64,000 nt of DNA from Heptranchias perlo (taxonomy: Eukaryota). How positions within the stretch are numbered: position 1 is the stretch's first letter; each line of letters starts with the position of its first letter. Location of the stretch: assembly GCF_035084215.1 (NCBI RefSeq), contig NW_027139442.1, positions 5,952,001 to 6,016,000 of the forward strand. The letters are read 5' to 3'. The translations under genes were made by a program, and so were the position numbers. Shown here piece by piece: positions 1 to 12,815 of this stretch. The notes under the pieces are model-generated. The model worked only from the letters and a program-made list of their open reading frames with translations. It was not told the origin of the DNA and ran no database searches.

Positions 1-559
1 ATACTGTTTGTATCGCTGATTTTCAATTGTGGATATTCAAAATAATTATTAACAGATATTAAACTGATCACTTTTGTATTTTCCACCTCAACTGTTCTTG
101 AGTTACAAGAGATACGTTTCTTTTTACAGGCAAACTCTTGAAGGAGCCAGATTAAATGTGTAATTTCGTCCACCCGAGGCAAAGGAACAGTGCTGCCAAC
201 TCCTTCTCACACACAGTATGTATATTAGCACTCACAGAGCACGGAGACACAGACAGCTCATCAGTTCCACAGTCTCAGTCAGCAGAAGTAGTCAGTCCCA
301 CACTGATCCCAAATTTCCAGAGACACATTTTCAATCCAACAGTCAAACAGAGCAGGTGAGGCAGACACTGTTCCATTTCTCCCGAACTCAGTCCCGCTAA
401 CAGGTAGATACAAAAATCCCAGTCCAAAGTCTCGCTTTCAGATTGTCAATTTCACAAAAGGGCAACATTAGCCATGAATTAAGTACCAGATACCCCGAGA
501 TTCAAATTGAATACTAGCCCAGAACTCACACACACGTGAGTTTAATCATGCAGTATCCA

Positions 560-2590
560 TTCGAATAGTGTACCATTCGAATACAAATTGCCAGTCCAAA
601 ACTCATGTACAGTATCAGATTGAGAAATGCTGTGACAGTGTAACCTAAGTAACATATTAGATACCAGTTTATAATATACTCATAGTATGAGATTTAAAAA
701 TACAGTATCAATTCTATTAGCACAGACTGAGATACACATTACATACCAGTCCAAAAATGTTATAAAATAAAATGTAATAATGCAGTATCAATTCATTTAG
801 TGCAGACTGATCTACACATTATATAGCAATTCAAAAATGTCACCATGTCAGTTTGAAAGATATATTAACATTCACAATATTACTCAAAGAGATATAGATT
901 TAATAGTAGTCCAAAAGCACACAAATTATCTGATTAAAACCTCGAGCATCAAATCCTGAAGTTTATCCAAATTTACCAATTAAATAATGAGAAAAATTAT
1001 TTAAACATTATGATATTAAAGTACAGTATTGAATACCATAATGTAATCGGAGAAAATAATTAGATACAGATACAGAATGAATCTCACACTCAGATACAGT
1101 ACAGAGACACACAGATAAAGAATGAATCCCACATTCACACACAGTACCAGAGATGGCAGATACAGAACGAATCTCATACTCACACACAGTACAAGAAATT
1201 GACAGATACAGAATGAATCCCATACTCACATAGATTACCAGGAACAGAATGAATCTCACTCACACAGTACCACAAACTGACAGATACAGAATGAATGTCA
1301 CAGTCACATTACTGAAGACTGAGTTATACATTGCATACCTGTCCAAAGATCTCATAGTGTCAGATTGAAAGATACTGTATCAATTCCATTAGTTCAGACT
1401 GAGTTACATATTAGATATATTGGTAAATACTCATAGAGTATTATACTGAAATATACATTATCAATACCTTTGGTACAGACTGAGCTACACATTACATACT
1501 AGTCCAAAAACCTCATAAATGTTCAGACTGGAAGATACAGCTTCAATTCTATTAGCACTGTCTGACCTGCACATTGCATCCCAGACTGAAAAACCCATAA
1601 AATATTAGACTGAAAGAGAGATTATCGATTCCATGAGTGCAGACTGAGCCACACATTATATAGCAGTCCAAGAATCTCATAATGTAACAGACTCAAATAT
1701 ACAACATCAAATTCATCAGCACAGACTGAACTATATGTTACTCACCAGTCCAAAAATCTCATAGAGTAACAGATTGAATGATTCAATATCACTTCCATTA
1801 TTGAAGACTGAGCTGCACATCACATTCCAGTCCAAAAATCTCATACAATATCAGACTTAAAGATACAGTATCAATTCCTTTAGTGCAAGATGAGCTACAT
1901 ATTACATACCAGTCCAAAAACCTCATAGTGTTAGACTCAGATATAGACTTAATCCCATTATTGCAGACTGAGCTACACATTACATACCAGTCCAGTAATT
2001 TCAACATAAACAGACTGAAAAGTACATTATCATTCATAATAAAGTTCAGAGATTCAGATGTAACATTACTCCAAAACTCACACACGTTGTTTGATTAAAG
2101 AAAACCGATAATTGTATCCATATTAACAAATTAAATACTCGAAGAACTGTATATACTTTAAAGTATTAAAAATATAGTTTCAAATCCGATGCTGTAATCT
2201 GAAATAAGAATACAGAATGAATCCAGACTTGCACATTGTCTCAGAGACTGAATTACAGAATGAATCCCACACTGAGATAAAATAGCAGAAAATGGCAGAT
2301 ACAGAATGTATCCAACACTCACAGACAGTACCAGAGACTGACAGGTACTAGAGATAGACAGATACAGAATGAATCCATCACTTATATGTAGTACCTTCGA
2401 CTGACAGATGCAGAATATACCCTACGCTCACACTCAGTAGTGGAGACTGATAGATACAGAATGAATCCCAAACTCGCGCACAGTACCAGAGACAGACAGG
2501 TAGAGAATAAACCCCATTCTCACACACAGTCCCAGAGACAGACAGACACAGAAGAAACCCCACTCTCATACACAGTACCAGAGACTGACC
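560..2590 (+). repeat. ~82-bp and 46-bp satellite mosaic
   Basis: 82-bp units at ~560-880 and 1310-2030; 46-bp units at ~1065-1310 and 2210-2590. Confidence 0.88.
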
Positions 2591-4199
2591 TCTACTGGAC
2601 GTAAGCGAGAACTGTAAAAGAGTGGAACAAATTCACATCATCTGTCATGGTTACAGAAACAGGACAATCTGCAATGTGAGGAAAGTCTCTGTCTGTAACA
2701 ATTATTCTCGCATTTTTGCACATTATGATAGTGAAAAATGAAGACAATTGATTTATAATAAGGTTTTTGTTTTACTCATTCGATAGTTGTGAATTTACCG
2801 CATTATATTTCACTGTACATTGCACAGTATTTCTCTCTGGTTTCTCAGGACACGATTTACATTGCTCCTCGACCCAATTTAGACTCTTCTTTTCCAAGCA
2901 GTATGTGGCCTCCTTATTCCCCCAAGTGAAACGCACCACCTCGCACCTCTCTATATTGAAATTCAATGGGCATTTACACGGCCGTTCTCCTAGCTTCACA
3001 GTCTTCCTCAGAATAGATAATACCCCCTAAATTGATTAGAAGAATTTAACACAGCATTACAAATAGTGTTTGGTCTAACAAAATGTACTTGCAGCACGTC
3101 TCCATTCCTAGTTTTTCTAAATCTCACTCGTGCAATATTATGTGAAGAATGAGTTTATCTTCTGTCCCTCTCTCATCTGCAAACTTCAATGTCCCGGGGT
3201 TTGGGGACATCAACTGGCCGGAAGCAGAACCGCAACAATTCGGTACAAATTGGTGAAACCGGATAATGTGCAGTGTGAACGTGTTTGTGATTGGTGGCAG
3301 GAATTAAATCTGATTTTTCATATCTGCCCATTAACCTTTAGTGTTTGTTATTGAACAGTGAACAGAGCCGTACAGTAAGGATATGGGGAGTTATAAAAAG
3401 ACCATCTATTGCAGGCATCAGGTGAGCTGTTTGAAGGACAAATTTTAAAAAGTGGCTGTTTTGTTTCGGTTTTATGGTTCGTCCCATGGGAGAGGGGATT
3501 AGAAACCTGACCTGTACAAAGGTTCCCGCCCCATGGATCAGTGCAGGGGTTGGGTTGTATCTGGATGTCACTAATTTTTTGTAAAACAGCCCAACACACC
3601 TGGTGTGCAGAAGCTGAGTGCTGCAGTACTGCAGTGGAGTCAGACACTGACACTGTTTGTATCACTGGTTTTCTATTTGTAGATATTACAATGATTATTA
3701 ACAGAGAGATTCAATTGATCACGTTTGTATTTTCTACTTCACCTGTTGTTAAGTTACAAGCGATATTTTTTCTTCCTGCAGGCAAATCCTTGAAGGACCC
3801 ACAATCAATGTGATGTTGACTCCACCCGAGGCACGTGGAGCAGTCAATGCAGCCAGCTGCTTCTCACACACAGTAGGTACATTAACACTCACAGAGCACA
3901 GAGACAAGGATAGGTCACCAGTCCCACAATCTCAGACAGCAGAAATAGCCAGTCGCATACTGATCCCAATCCAACAGTCAAACAGAGCAGGAGAGACAGA
4001 CGGAATTTCCATTTCACAATGACTCAGTACCGCTGACCGGCAGATAAATAATTCCCAGTCCAAAATCACACCCAGTATCAGATTGAAAGGCACTGTGTCA
4101 ATCTCACGTTTGTTCAGCCTTAGCTACAAATTAAATCCCAGATAGAACTGACACATGGGACCGATTGATAGGTACAGAATGAATCACAATAGTGTACCC

Positions 4200-5240
4200 G
4201 AGATTCAAATTAAGTACCAGCCCACAACTCTCACACATTATGAGTTTAAAGATGCAGTATTCATGACCACATTGTACACTGAGATACACGTTAGATACCA
4301 GTTCAGATGTTACCCAAATTTGACTCACATATTTGTCCAAAAACCTCATAGTGTCAGAATGCAATGTCCATTTCAATTCCTTTACTGCAGACTGAGGTAC
4401 ACATTAGATACCAGTCCAAAATTATCATAAAGTATGAGACTGAAAGATACAGTATCAATCCCATTGGTGCAGACTGAGCTACACGTCACATACAAGTCCA
4501 AAAATCTCAGTGTCAGGTTGAAAGATACAGAATCAATTCCATCAGTGCGGATTGAGCTACACATTATATACAAGTCCAAAATTCACATAGAGTCTCGTAC
4601 TGGAAGATACAGTATCAATCCCATTAGTGCAGGCTGAGGTACACATTAGTTACCTGTCCAAAAATCACATTGTGTCAAACTGAAAGGCACAGTATCAATT
4701 CCTTTACTGCAGACAGAGATTCACATTAGATACCTGTCCAAAAATCAAGTACAGTATCATAATGGAATATATAGTATCGATTTGATTAGTACAGACTGAT
4801 CTACACGTAACATACCAGTAGAAAAACCTCACACGGTATCAGACTGGAAGATACAGTATCAAACCCATTAGTGCAGACTGAGGTTCACATTAGATACCAG
4901 TCCAAAAGTGTCAAACTGAAAGATACAGTATCAATTCCATTGGTGCAGAGTGAACGACACCTTACAAACCAGCCTAAATATATGACACAGTATCAGACTG
5001 GAAGGTTCAGTATGAATTCCATCAATGCAGACTGAGCTACACATTACAAACCAGTCCAAAAATCTCTTGCAGTGTCTGACTGCAAGTTAGAGTGTCAATT
5101 CCATTTGTACAGACAGAACAACAGATTACATACCAGGTCAAAAATCTCATACAGTGTCAGCCTGAAAGATACAATATCAATTCCATTAGTCCAGACTGAG
5201 CTACGCATTAAATACGAGTCCAAAAAATTCACAGCAAAAG
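4200..5240 (+). repeat. ~82-bp (78-82) tandem repeat array
   Basis: Unit AGACTGAAAGATACAGTATCAATTCCATTAGTGCAGACTGAGCTACACATTACATACCAGTCCAAAAATCTCATACAGTATC; successive units at 4441, 4519, 4601, 4681, 4763, 4845. Confidence 0.93.
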
Positions 5241-6003
5241 ATTGACATGTACATTATCTTCTGAGATTAAGATATAATCCTACAACAAAACTCACACACG
5301 TTGTTAGATGAAAACAAAATCCAATAGTGTATCCATATTTACAAATTAATGCCAGACAAAAGATTTGTACATATTAATGAATTTAAGAAACAGTTTCAAG
5401 CACTATACTGCAACCTGAAATAAGAATGCAGAACGAATCCAGACTTGCACTTTTCCCATAGACTGAGTTACAGGATGAATCCCCCACTGAGATAAAATAC
5501 CAGAGACTGACAGTCACAGAATGAAACACACACTCACAGACTGTACTGGAGACTGACGGATACAGAATGAATCTCACAATCACATACTGACTGACAGACA
5601 GAGAATTAATCCCACACTCTCATACAGTCTGACATCTATTGGACATTAGTAAGAACTGTAACAGAGTGGAATAAATTCACATCATCTGTCGTTGTTACAG
5701 ATTCAGCACAATGTGCAATGTGAGGAAATAGTTTCTCCCCGTAACTTCTACTCTCGTATTTTCTTCATATTTTGTCAGTGAAAAATTAGACAATTGATTC
5801 ATAATAAAGTTTTGTTTTGATCGTTCGAAAGTTGCCCCATTATATTTCCCTCTACATTGCGCAAAATTTCTGTCTGATTTCTTATGACACGATTTATATT
5901 AATTCAAATATACCGAACTGCAACACAAATAAAAACTGAGCGCAAATCTGGAAGTTTCAACGGCGACCGTCAAAAGTGAAAGGGATAAAATATAGAAAAA
6001 ATT

Positions 6004-6103
6004 AAAACCGAAAATACTGGAAAGACTCAGCAGGTCCGGCAGCATCTGTGGAGAAGGGAAGCTCGGGTTAACGATTCAGGTCAATGATCCTTCGATAGAT
6101 CAG
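6004..6103 (-). mobile_element. Degenerate Penelope-like terminal repeat remnant (duplicated at ~26065-26165)
   Basis: ATACTGGAAAGACTCAGCAGGTCCGGCAGCATCTGTGGAGA...GTTAACGATTCAGGTC resembles abundant elasmobranch PLE ends (recognised from memory). Confidence 0.5.
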
Positions 6104-6599
6104 AAAGGTTAATCCGACATAATTTAAATAAGGAACGGGAATCAGCAGAGGGAAAAATTTCAGACAATCAATTAATTTCACAGATCCGTGCAATTGTGTC
6201 CTTTATCCACCGTACAGATCAGGGCAAATAATAATACAAAGGAACAGTTAAATTCAACGTTATGGTGGAAGAAATGAATTTTAAAATATTTTTTATATAA
6301 ATTGGACCCGTTTGGAAACATTATCGCTCTGAACATCATCAAATTCGGTTCCAGTCTTGGTGTTTCTGAATTCAGCGTGCTGGGATTCAAACCTGTTGGA
6401 ATTAACTGCTGGGAAGGCAGCTATACTCACCATTATAGCACCTTATTTCACTTGGATGGAGAAATAGAGAGTTTCTGTGGAATTTCGGACTGAATTGTTC
6501 CCTTTGGGTTTCTGGCAGTTTAATCACAGACAATAAATCGTGACAAAAAATCATCCCCTGAACAGACACAACAAGCTGGTGGAATTTCTCATTCATAGA

Positions 6600-7590
6600 T
6601 ATTAAATAAGGGGATGGCAAAAGCGAATAGGAAGAGGTTAGGAAGAAGTCACAAAAACAATTAGGGAAGCAAACAGGAACCACGAAATCAAATTATCAAG
6701 GAATATAAAAAGTAATAGTAAATTATTCCACAGACACAAAAATAACAAAAGGAAAATCAGAATATCTTGAGTGCCACTCAGGGATTCACAAGATAAACTC
6801 ACAGGTAACGTCAGCGAAATGGCAGAAATATTGAATTATTACTTTCCCTCAGTATTTACGCGGGAGATTAACAGGGTGAACATGATATTAAAGGAAGAGG
6901 TCAATAGAGATATCAAGACATTTATGTTAAAATGGTGGTAGAACTCCTGGTCCAGATGGATTGCATCCGCACATAGTAAGTGAAGCAAGGGAAGAGATAG
7001 CAGAGGCACCGTTACATATATCGGAAAAATCATTACATAAAGGAATAGTGCAAGAGGACTGGATTACAGTTAATGTGATTCTTCTATTTTGAAACAGGAG
7101 ATAGAACAAATCCAGTTCACCAAACATCGGTGGTAGGAATGATCATGGAATCATTTAATCACTGATGCAACAGAAAAAATCCAGAGACCGAAAATATAAT
7201 AAAGAATAGTTATCACGGATTTCAGAAAGTGATGGTTTAATAGTTTGGCAGAAGGTTTGACAGTTTAAATCACAGTTCAAAATAACTTATCTGCTTTTAA
7301 ATTCTATTCCTCTAGAATGTGCTGTGTTTGCTTTTTTATGGTCTGAACAACCTGTGTTGCTACTTTCAATGATTTGTCAAACTGTACCCATAAATCCCTT
7401 TGCTCTTCGACCTCATTTAGACTCGTATTTTCCAATCATTATGTGGCCTCGTTATTCCCCCAGCAAAATGCACCACCTCACACCTTTCTATATGGAAATT
7501 CAATGGCCATTGACACGGACTTTCAGCAAGCTTATTAAACTCTTTTTTTTATTTTTTGCATTTTTCCTCAGTGTAGGCTATACCCCCTAA
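6600..7590. mobile_element. Old CR1-like fragments (+ strand ~6600-7235, - strand ~7270-7590)
   Basis: Degenerate ORF2-like sequence (GPDGLHP, EDW...NV motifs); duplicated at ~26670-27680. Confidence 0.65.
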
Positions 7591-7836
7591 ATTAATTACA
7601 AACATTTAATACAGCATTACAACTAATGCTTTGTATAATACAATGTTCTCCATTCCCAGTTTTTCTAAATCCCACTCGTGCAATATAATGTGAAGAATGA
7701 GTTTATCTTCTGTCCCTCTCTCATCTGCAAACTTCAATGACCCGGGGTTTGGGGACATCTACTGGCCGGAAGCAGAACTGCAACAGTTCGGAACAAATTG
7801 CTCAAACCGGACAATGTGCAGTGTGAGCGTGTTTGT

Positions 7837-7981
7837 GATTGGTGGCAGCTATTAAATCTGATTGGTTTCTTCAGATATCCAATCAGATCGATAAAGGAAA
7901 AATGTTGTGACATCAGTCCCAATCACAATCATTATATTTCCCATCCCTCATTAGCATAGGGCTGTGCGGCTGCCTATTTAA
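7837..7981 (+). promoter_or_regulatory. H2B promoter: CCAAT boxes, octamer variant, TATA
   Basis: ATTGG/CCAAT motifs at ~7838-7883, ATTAGCAT octamer-like site at 7950-7957, TATTTAA at 7975-7981; the same layout precedes H2B copy 2. Confidence 0.8.
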
Positions 7982-8034
7982 TCCGAGATCGGAGCGGATT
8001 TCGGTCATTTCTGAGTTTGAAATTGAGTTTGAAA

Positions 8035-8409
8035 ATGCCTGAGGACAAGAAAGCAGCTCCCAAGAAGGGCGCCAAGAAAACCTTGAGTAAAGTACCAGCC
8101 AAGGGCGGCAAGAAGCGGAGAAAGGCGAGGAAGGAGAGTTACTCCATCTACGTCTACAAAGTGATGAAGCAGGTTCACCCCGACACCGGCATCTCCTCCA
8201 AGGCCATGAGCATCATGAACTCCTTTGTGAACGATATTTTCGAGCGCATCGCGGGTGAGGCTTCCCGCCTGGCACATTATAATAAACGCCGCACCATCAG
8301 CTCTCGGGAGATCCAGACCGCCGTTCGCCTGCTGCTGCCCGGGGAACTGGCCAAGCACGCCGTGTCGGAAGGGACAAAGGCGGTGACCAAATACACCAGC
8401 TCCAAGTAA
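8035..8409 (+). CDS. H2B: Histone H2B, replication-dependent (copy 1), 124 aa
   Basis: ATG at 8035 ([12 protein letters not shown]...[26 protein letters not shown]...AVTKYTSSK); intronless; stem-loop downstream. Confidence 0.99.
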   Translation: MPEDKKAAPKKGAKKTLSKVPAKGGKKRRKARKESYSIYVYKVMKQVHPDTGISSKAMSIMNSFVNDIFERIAGEASRLAHYNKRRTISSREIQTAVRLLLPGELAKHAVSEGTKAVTKYTSSK

Positions 8410-8443
8410 AACTCCACAATGTACTGAAAAAAATGAACACAAA

Positions 8444-8459
8444 GGCTCTTTTAAGAGCC
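8444..8459 (+). terminator. Histone 3' stem-loop (H2B copy 1)
   Basis: GGCTCT-TTTA-AGAGCC followed by ACCCA. Confidence 0.97.
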
Positions 8460-9144
8460 ACCCACAGTCTCTCTGAAGACGCTGTACCGACACCTCTGGA
8501 TGGAATCATTTTACGGTGGATAGTTTGACACTAACTGTCTCTCTATAACTTGTCCTTTTGTGATTTCTCTTGATATCGGACAGATTCTCATAATCACTGC
8601 CGGGTATAATCTGTGTGTCGATGTTCAATTTACAGCCAATAAACAAAAACGTGTCCCTGAACCTCTCATTTCAGTTCATTTTCCGCCCCTTCCCCCGCGT
8701 CTGACACTTCAGCGCTGTTTCGAGGCGGTGGATTCGAGTTCGGTCATTTCTTTCTCCTTCTCACGTTTGTTTGTTAATTATTCGGGACAAAACGAGGCTT
8801 TATTCCCGCCCGATTGAAAGGGAACGGAGAATGAAGCGGTTTGTCACAGATTCTGGAAGTTGTGACGACAAATGTGGAATAACAGAGTAAAAGATGAGAT
8901 GTTTAAATATTTGTTTTTACGCGACATTATTTACTAAATCCGCTTCTTGTGTTACAAATATATTGGCGGGCTTTTCAAATTTCAAAAAAACGGTTCTGGT
9001 CGGTATTTTCCGCCCTTTTCTCATTGCCGGCTATTGAGTGGTGAATGAAACAACCCTCTGATTGGTTTAACGAACAGCTCAATGAGATTGAGAACACATG
9101 GACCAACCACAAGTGCCCCCACTGCAGTCCTCCAGAAGGTATAA

Positions 9145-9594
<450 letters not shown>

Positions 9595-9624
9595 AGCGGA
9601 CACGATTTGATCTGATAACCCAAA

Positions 9625-9640
9625 GGCTCTTTTCAGAGCC
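9625..9640 (+). terminator. Histone 3' stem-loop (H2A copy 1)
   Basis: GGCTCTTTTCAGAGCC-ACCCA, then HDE-like GAAAGGGCTG. Confidence 0.97.
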
Positions 9641-10192
9641 ACCCACTGTATCGGTGAAAGGGCTGGTTACTGTCGAAGCGAGTCATGAATCAATTTAATA
9701 GGGACTTGATTCCGATCCGAGAAACTAACAATAACTTGTTCAATACATATGATCCAGATCGGTCTGTTGCAGTACTCGCTTCAGGACAGCAGATGTCGCC
9801 AATCTCCCATAGATTGATCATTGCAGATTGTATGGTGAATGAGACAAAAAATAACAAAATCGTCAGAATGGTCAATTGGGCGGGTGGGATACAGAAATAC
9901 CAGGGACGCATATGATTATTTTCTGTCTCATTCTCGGACAACACTGGCTCAGTCTGAGTTATTTTGCCCAGATTTGAACAGATGCTGACTGATATGCTGA
10001 TTATTGTGTCAGCGATTGCTGAATTAAGAATGTGAGTGAAATTTCTTTTTGGATGTGAGTGAGGGAATTATTCTGTACCTGTCCGTCCCACATCTGCTCC
10101 CTCCCTTTTATGCATTTCCCATTCAAACAAGTTTCTCAAGGCCATGCGATTTCATGCCAGGCGATCACAGCTCTTTCCATCGCCGATTTGGT

Positions 10193-10208
10193 GGCTCTGA
10201 AAAGAGCC
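10193..10208 (-). terminator. Histone 3' stem-loop (H3)
   Basis: Minus strand GGCTCTTTTCAGAGCC-ACCAA; HDE GGAAAGAGCTG at 10168-10178. Confidence 0.97.
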
Positions 10209-10241
10209 TTTGTTGCACTTGGTGCTGAAGCCGGGTCGGGT

Positions 10242-10781
<540 letters not shown>

Positions 10782-11474
10782 TCAGGGAGGGACCGCCCCG
10801 GGACTGTGATTGGCACATTTGAACCGAGCTCTGTCAGTCAGACCGAAACGGCGGGAGGTATTGTGCCCCAATTGGCTGAGCTGAAATTTAACATGAATTT
10901 TAAAAGCCCGCCAATTTCAGGTCATCAAATAACAGTTTCAAGAAAATCTCATTTCCCTCAAGCAATTTAAGAATCCCTCTCTTTATAATCTCCATTATTT
11001 CCAACTCCTCAGCTCACATCTCAAGCTGTTTCACATTCCGGTTCATTCTCTGATCTGCCTGTGAACGAGCGGGAATTAAGCCCCGGTCATTGTTTTCCTG
11101 AACCGGACAAATTCCAGCTTCAATTTCAAAAATCCCGCTTGTTCCAGCCCGGTGAACCGCTCCTCAAACAGAAACTTCACATCGACCTGATAATTGAATG
11201 AAACACCGAGCAGAGAGGACACAGCGGGAGAGGTTGTGAGGCGGGATTTTACTCTGAACGGAGAATGTGATGTCTGCGGAAAGACTCTGTATCACCACCT
11301 GTTCATTTATACCGTGAAACCGGGAATTCCGCTTTCTCTCGGGATGGCTGATCTCCCTTTACTGAATGTTGGGGAATCTCCCCATCTTAATTAAATATCG
11401 GAAACTGCTTCCCCACTCCTAAATCTTTCCTCTCCCCGTTCCCAGGTCAGTGCTCTCTATGTGAGGCGGTGGGT

Positions 11475-11490
11475 GGCTCTTAGAAGAGCC
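11475..11490 (-). terminator. Histone 3' stem-loop (H4 copy 1)
   Basis: Minus strand GGCTCT-TCTA-AGAGCC-ACCCA; HDE AGAGAGCACTG. Confidence 0.96.
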
Positions 11491-11525
11491 TTTGTTTTGT
11501 GTTCGGTTAGAAAGGGTCGACTCGT

Positions 11526-11846
<321 letters not shown>

Positions 11847-11943
11847 TCACTGAGATCGCTGCTGAATGAACAGCGAACTTATGCTGGTTCCCTTTTTATG
11901 CAGCCTGTCCCGACCTGACTGAAACATTCACAGGATGATCGAG

Positions 11944-12030
11944 GGAGGGGAGGAGACAAAGTGAGACATTGAACAAAGAGGGGAGGAGACAGAGTGAGAT
12001 ATTAAACAGAGAGGGGAGGAGAGAGTCAGA
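11944..12030. repeat. Short ~33-bp tandem repeat (about 2.5 copies) upstream of H4
   Basis: GAGGGGAGGAGACA(A/G)AGTGAGA(C/T)ATT(G/A)AACA repeated. Confidence 0.7.
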
Positions 12031-12522
12031 GTAACGGACAGAGCAGAGAGCGGCCTCTGATCTTCCAGCTCCACCTCCAGCTTTCTCCACCCGCCAATTT
12101 CAAACCGTTTATCGATAACTGAACCGAAACACAGCGCTCCGCACATACCCTTATAGACTCGGGCTTCATATTCAAGGATTTCCAGAAACTCGGAGCTTTT
12201 AAATAAGCCCCATTACAATTAAGAGTCAGTGATATTCCTGCCCAAATACAGTCCCTTCTATAACATATCTACCCGTCTCCTTCAATTTCAGTGGCAGACC
12301 CGATTCTATCTCCCCACACATCCCCTCCCAGACCGGTTCAGCAGTTTACAAACACTTATTCCAGCTGATTTGGAGAATCTCATGTGTTGGGGTTTGAATT
12401 GTGATAGCGGCGGATCTCCGCCAGTTTTACCCTGTCACGGACTCTCGCCCTGAATCTGTGAGAAAAATGAACTGGGACTGGAGCCGAACACACGCCAGTT
12501 CGAGTGAGGACCGGCCCGGACA

Positions 12523-12606
12523 TATCGGAAACTGCTTCCCCAGCCCGAGATCGTTCCCAGGTCTGTGAGGCGGTGGGTGGCTCTTGGAAGAGCCTTTGTT
12601 TTGTGT
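12523..12606 (-). pseudogene. Orphan H4-type 3' end with stem-loop (12579-12594), no CDS
   Basis: Matches the H4 3' flank at 11395-11503 (ATATCGGAAACTGCTTCCCC...GTGAGGCGGTGGGTGGCTCTTGGAAGAGCCTTTGTTTTGTGTT). Confidence 0.85.
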
Positions 12607-12763
12607 TCTCTCTATTTTATTTCAGACAGTGGGGTTGGGGCGTGGGTAGTGAGTCACCAGGACCCTGGGTTTATTTTCAATGATTTCCATCTGAAATCTG
12701 AGCCCGGCCCCGGGACAGGAATCATCTGATTCCGGGGTCAGCTCTTTTCTGAGAGACGTGGGT

Positions 12764-12779
12764 GGCTCTGAGAAGAGCC
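12764..12779 (-). terminator. Histone 3' stem-loop (H1)
   Basis: Minus strand GGCTCT-TCTC-AGAGCC-ACCCA; HDE AAAAGAGCTG. Confidence 0.96.
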
Positions 12780-12815
12780 GTTGGGTTCAGATGTTCACAA
12801 GTTGCACTTGATTTT

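Noticed and set aside
6060-6103. Functional hammerhead in the old PLE remnant (also ~26125-26165)
   Set aside because: The core CUGANGA and GAAA are mutated in both copies.
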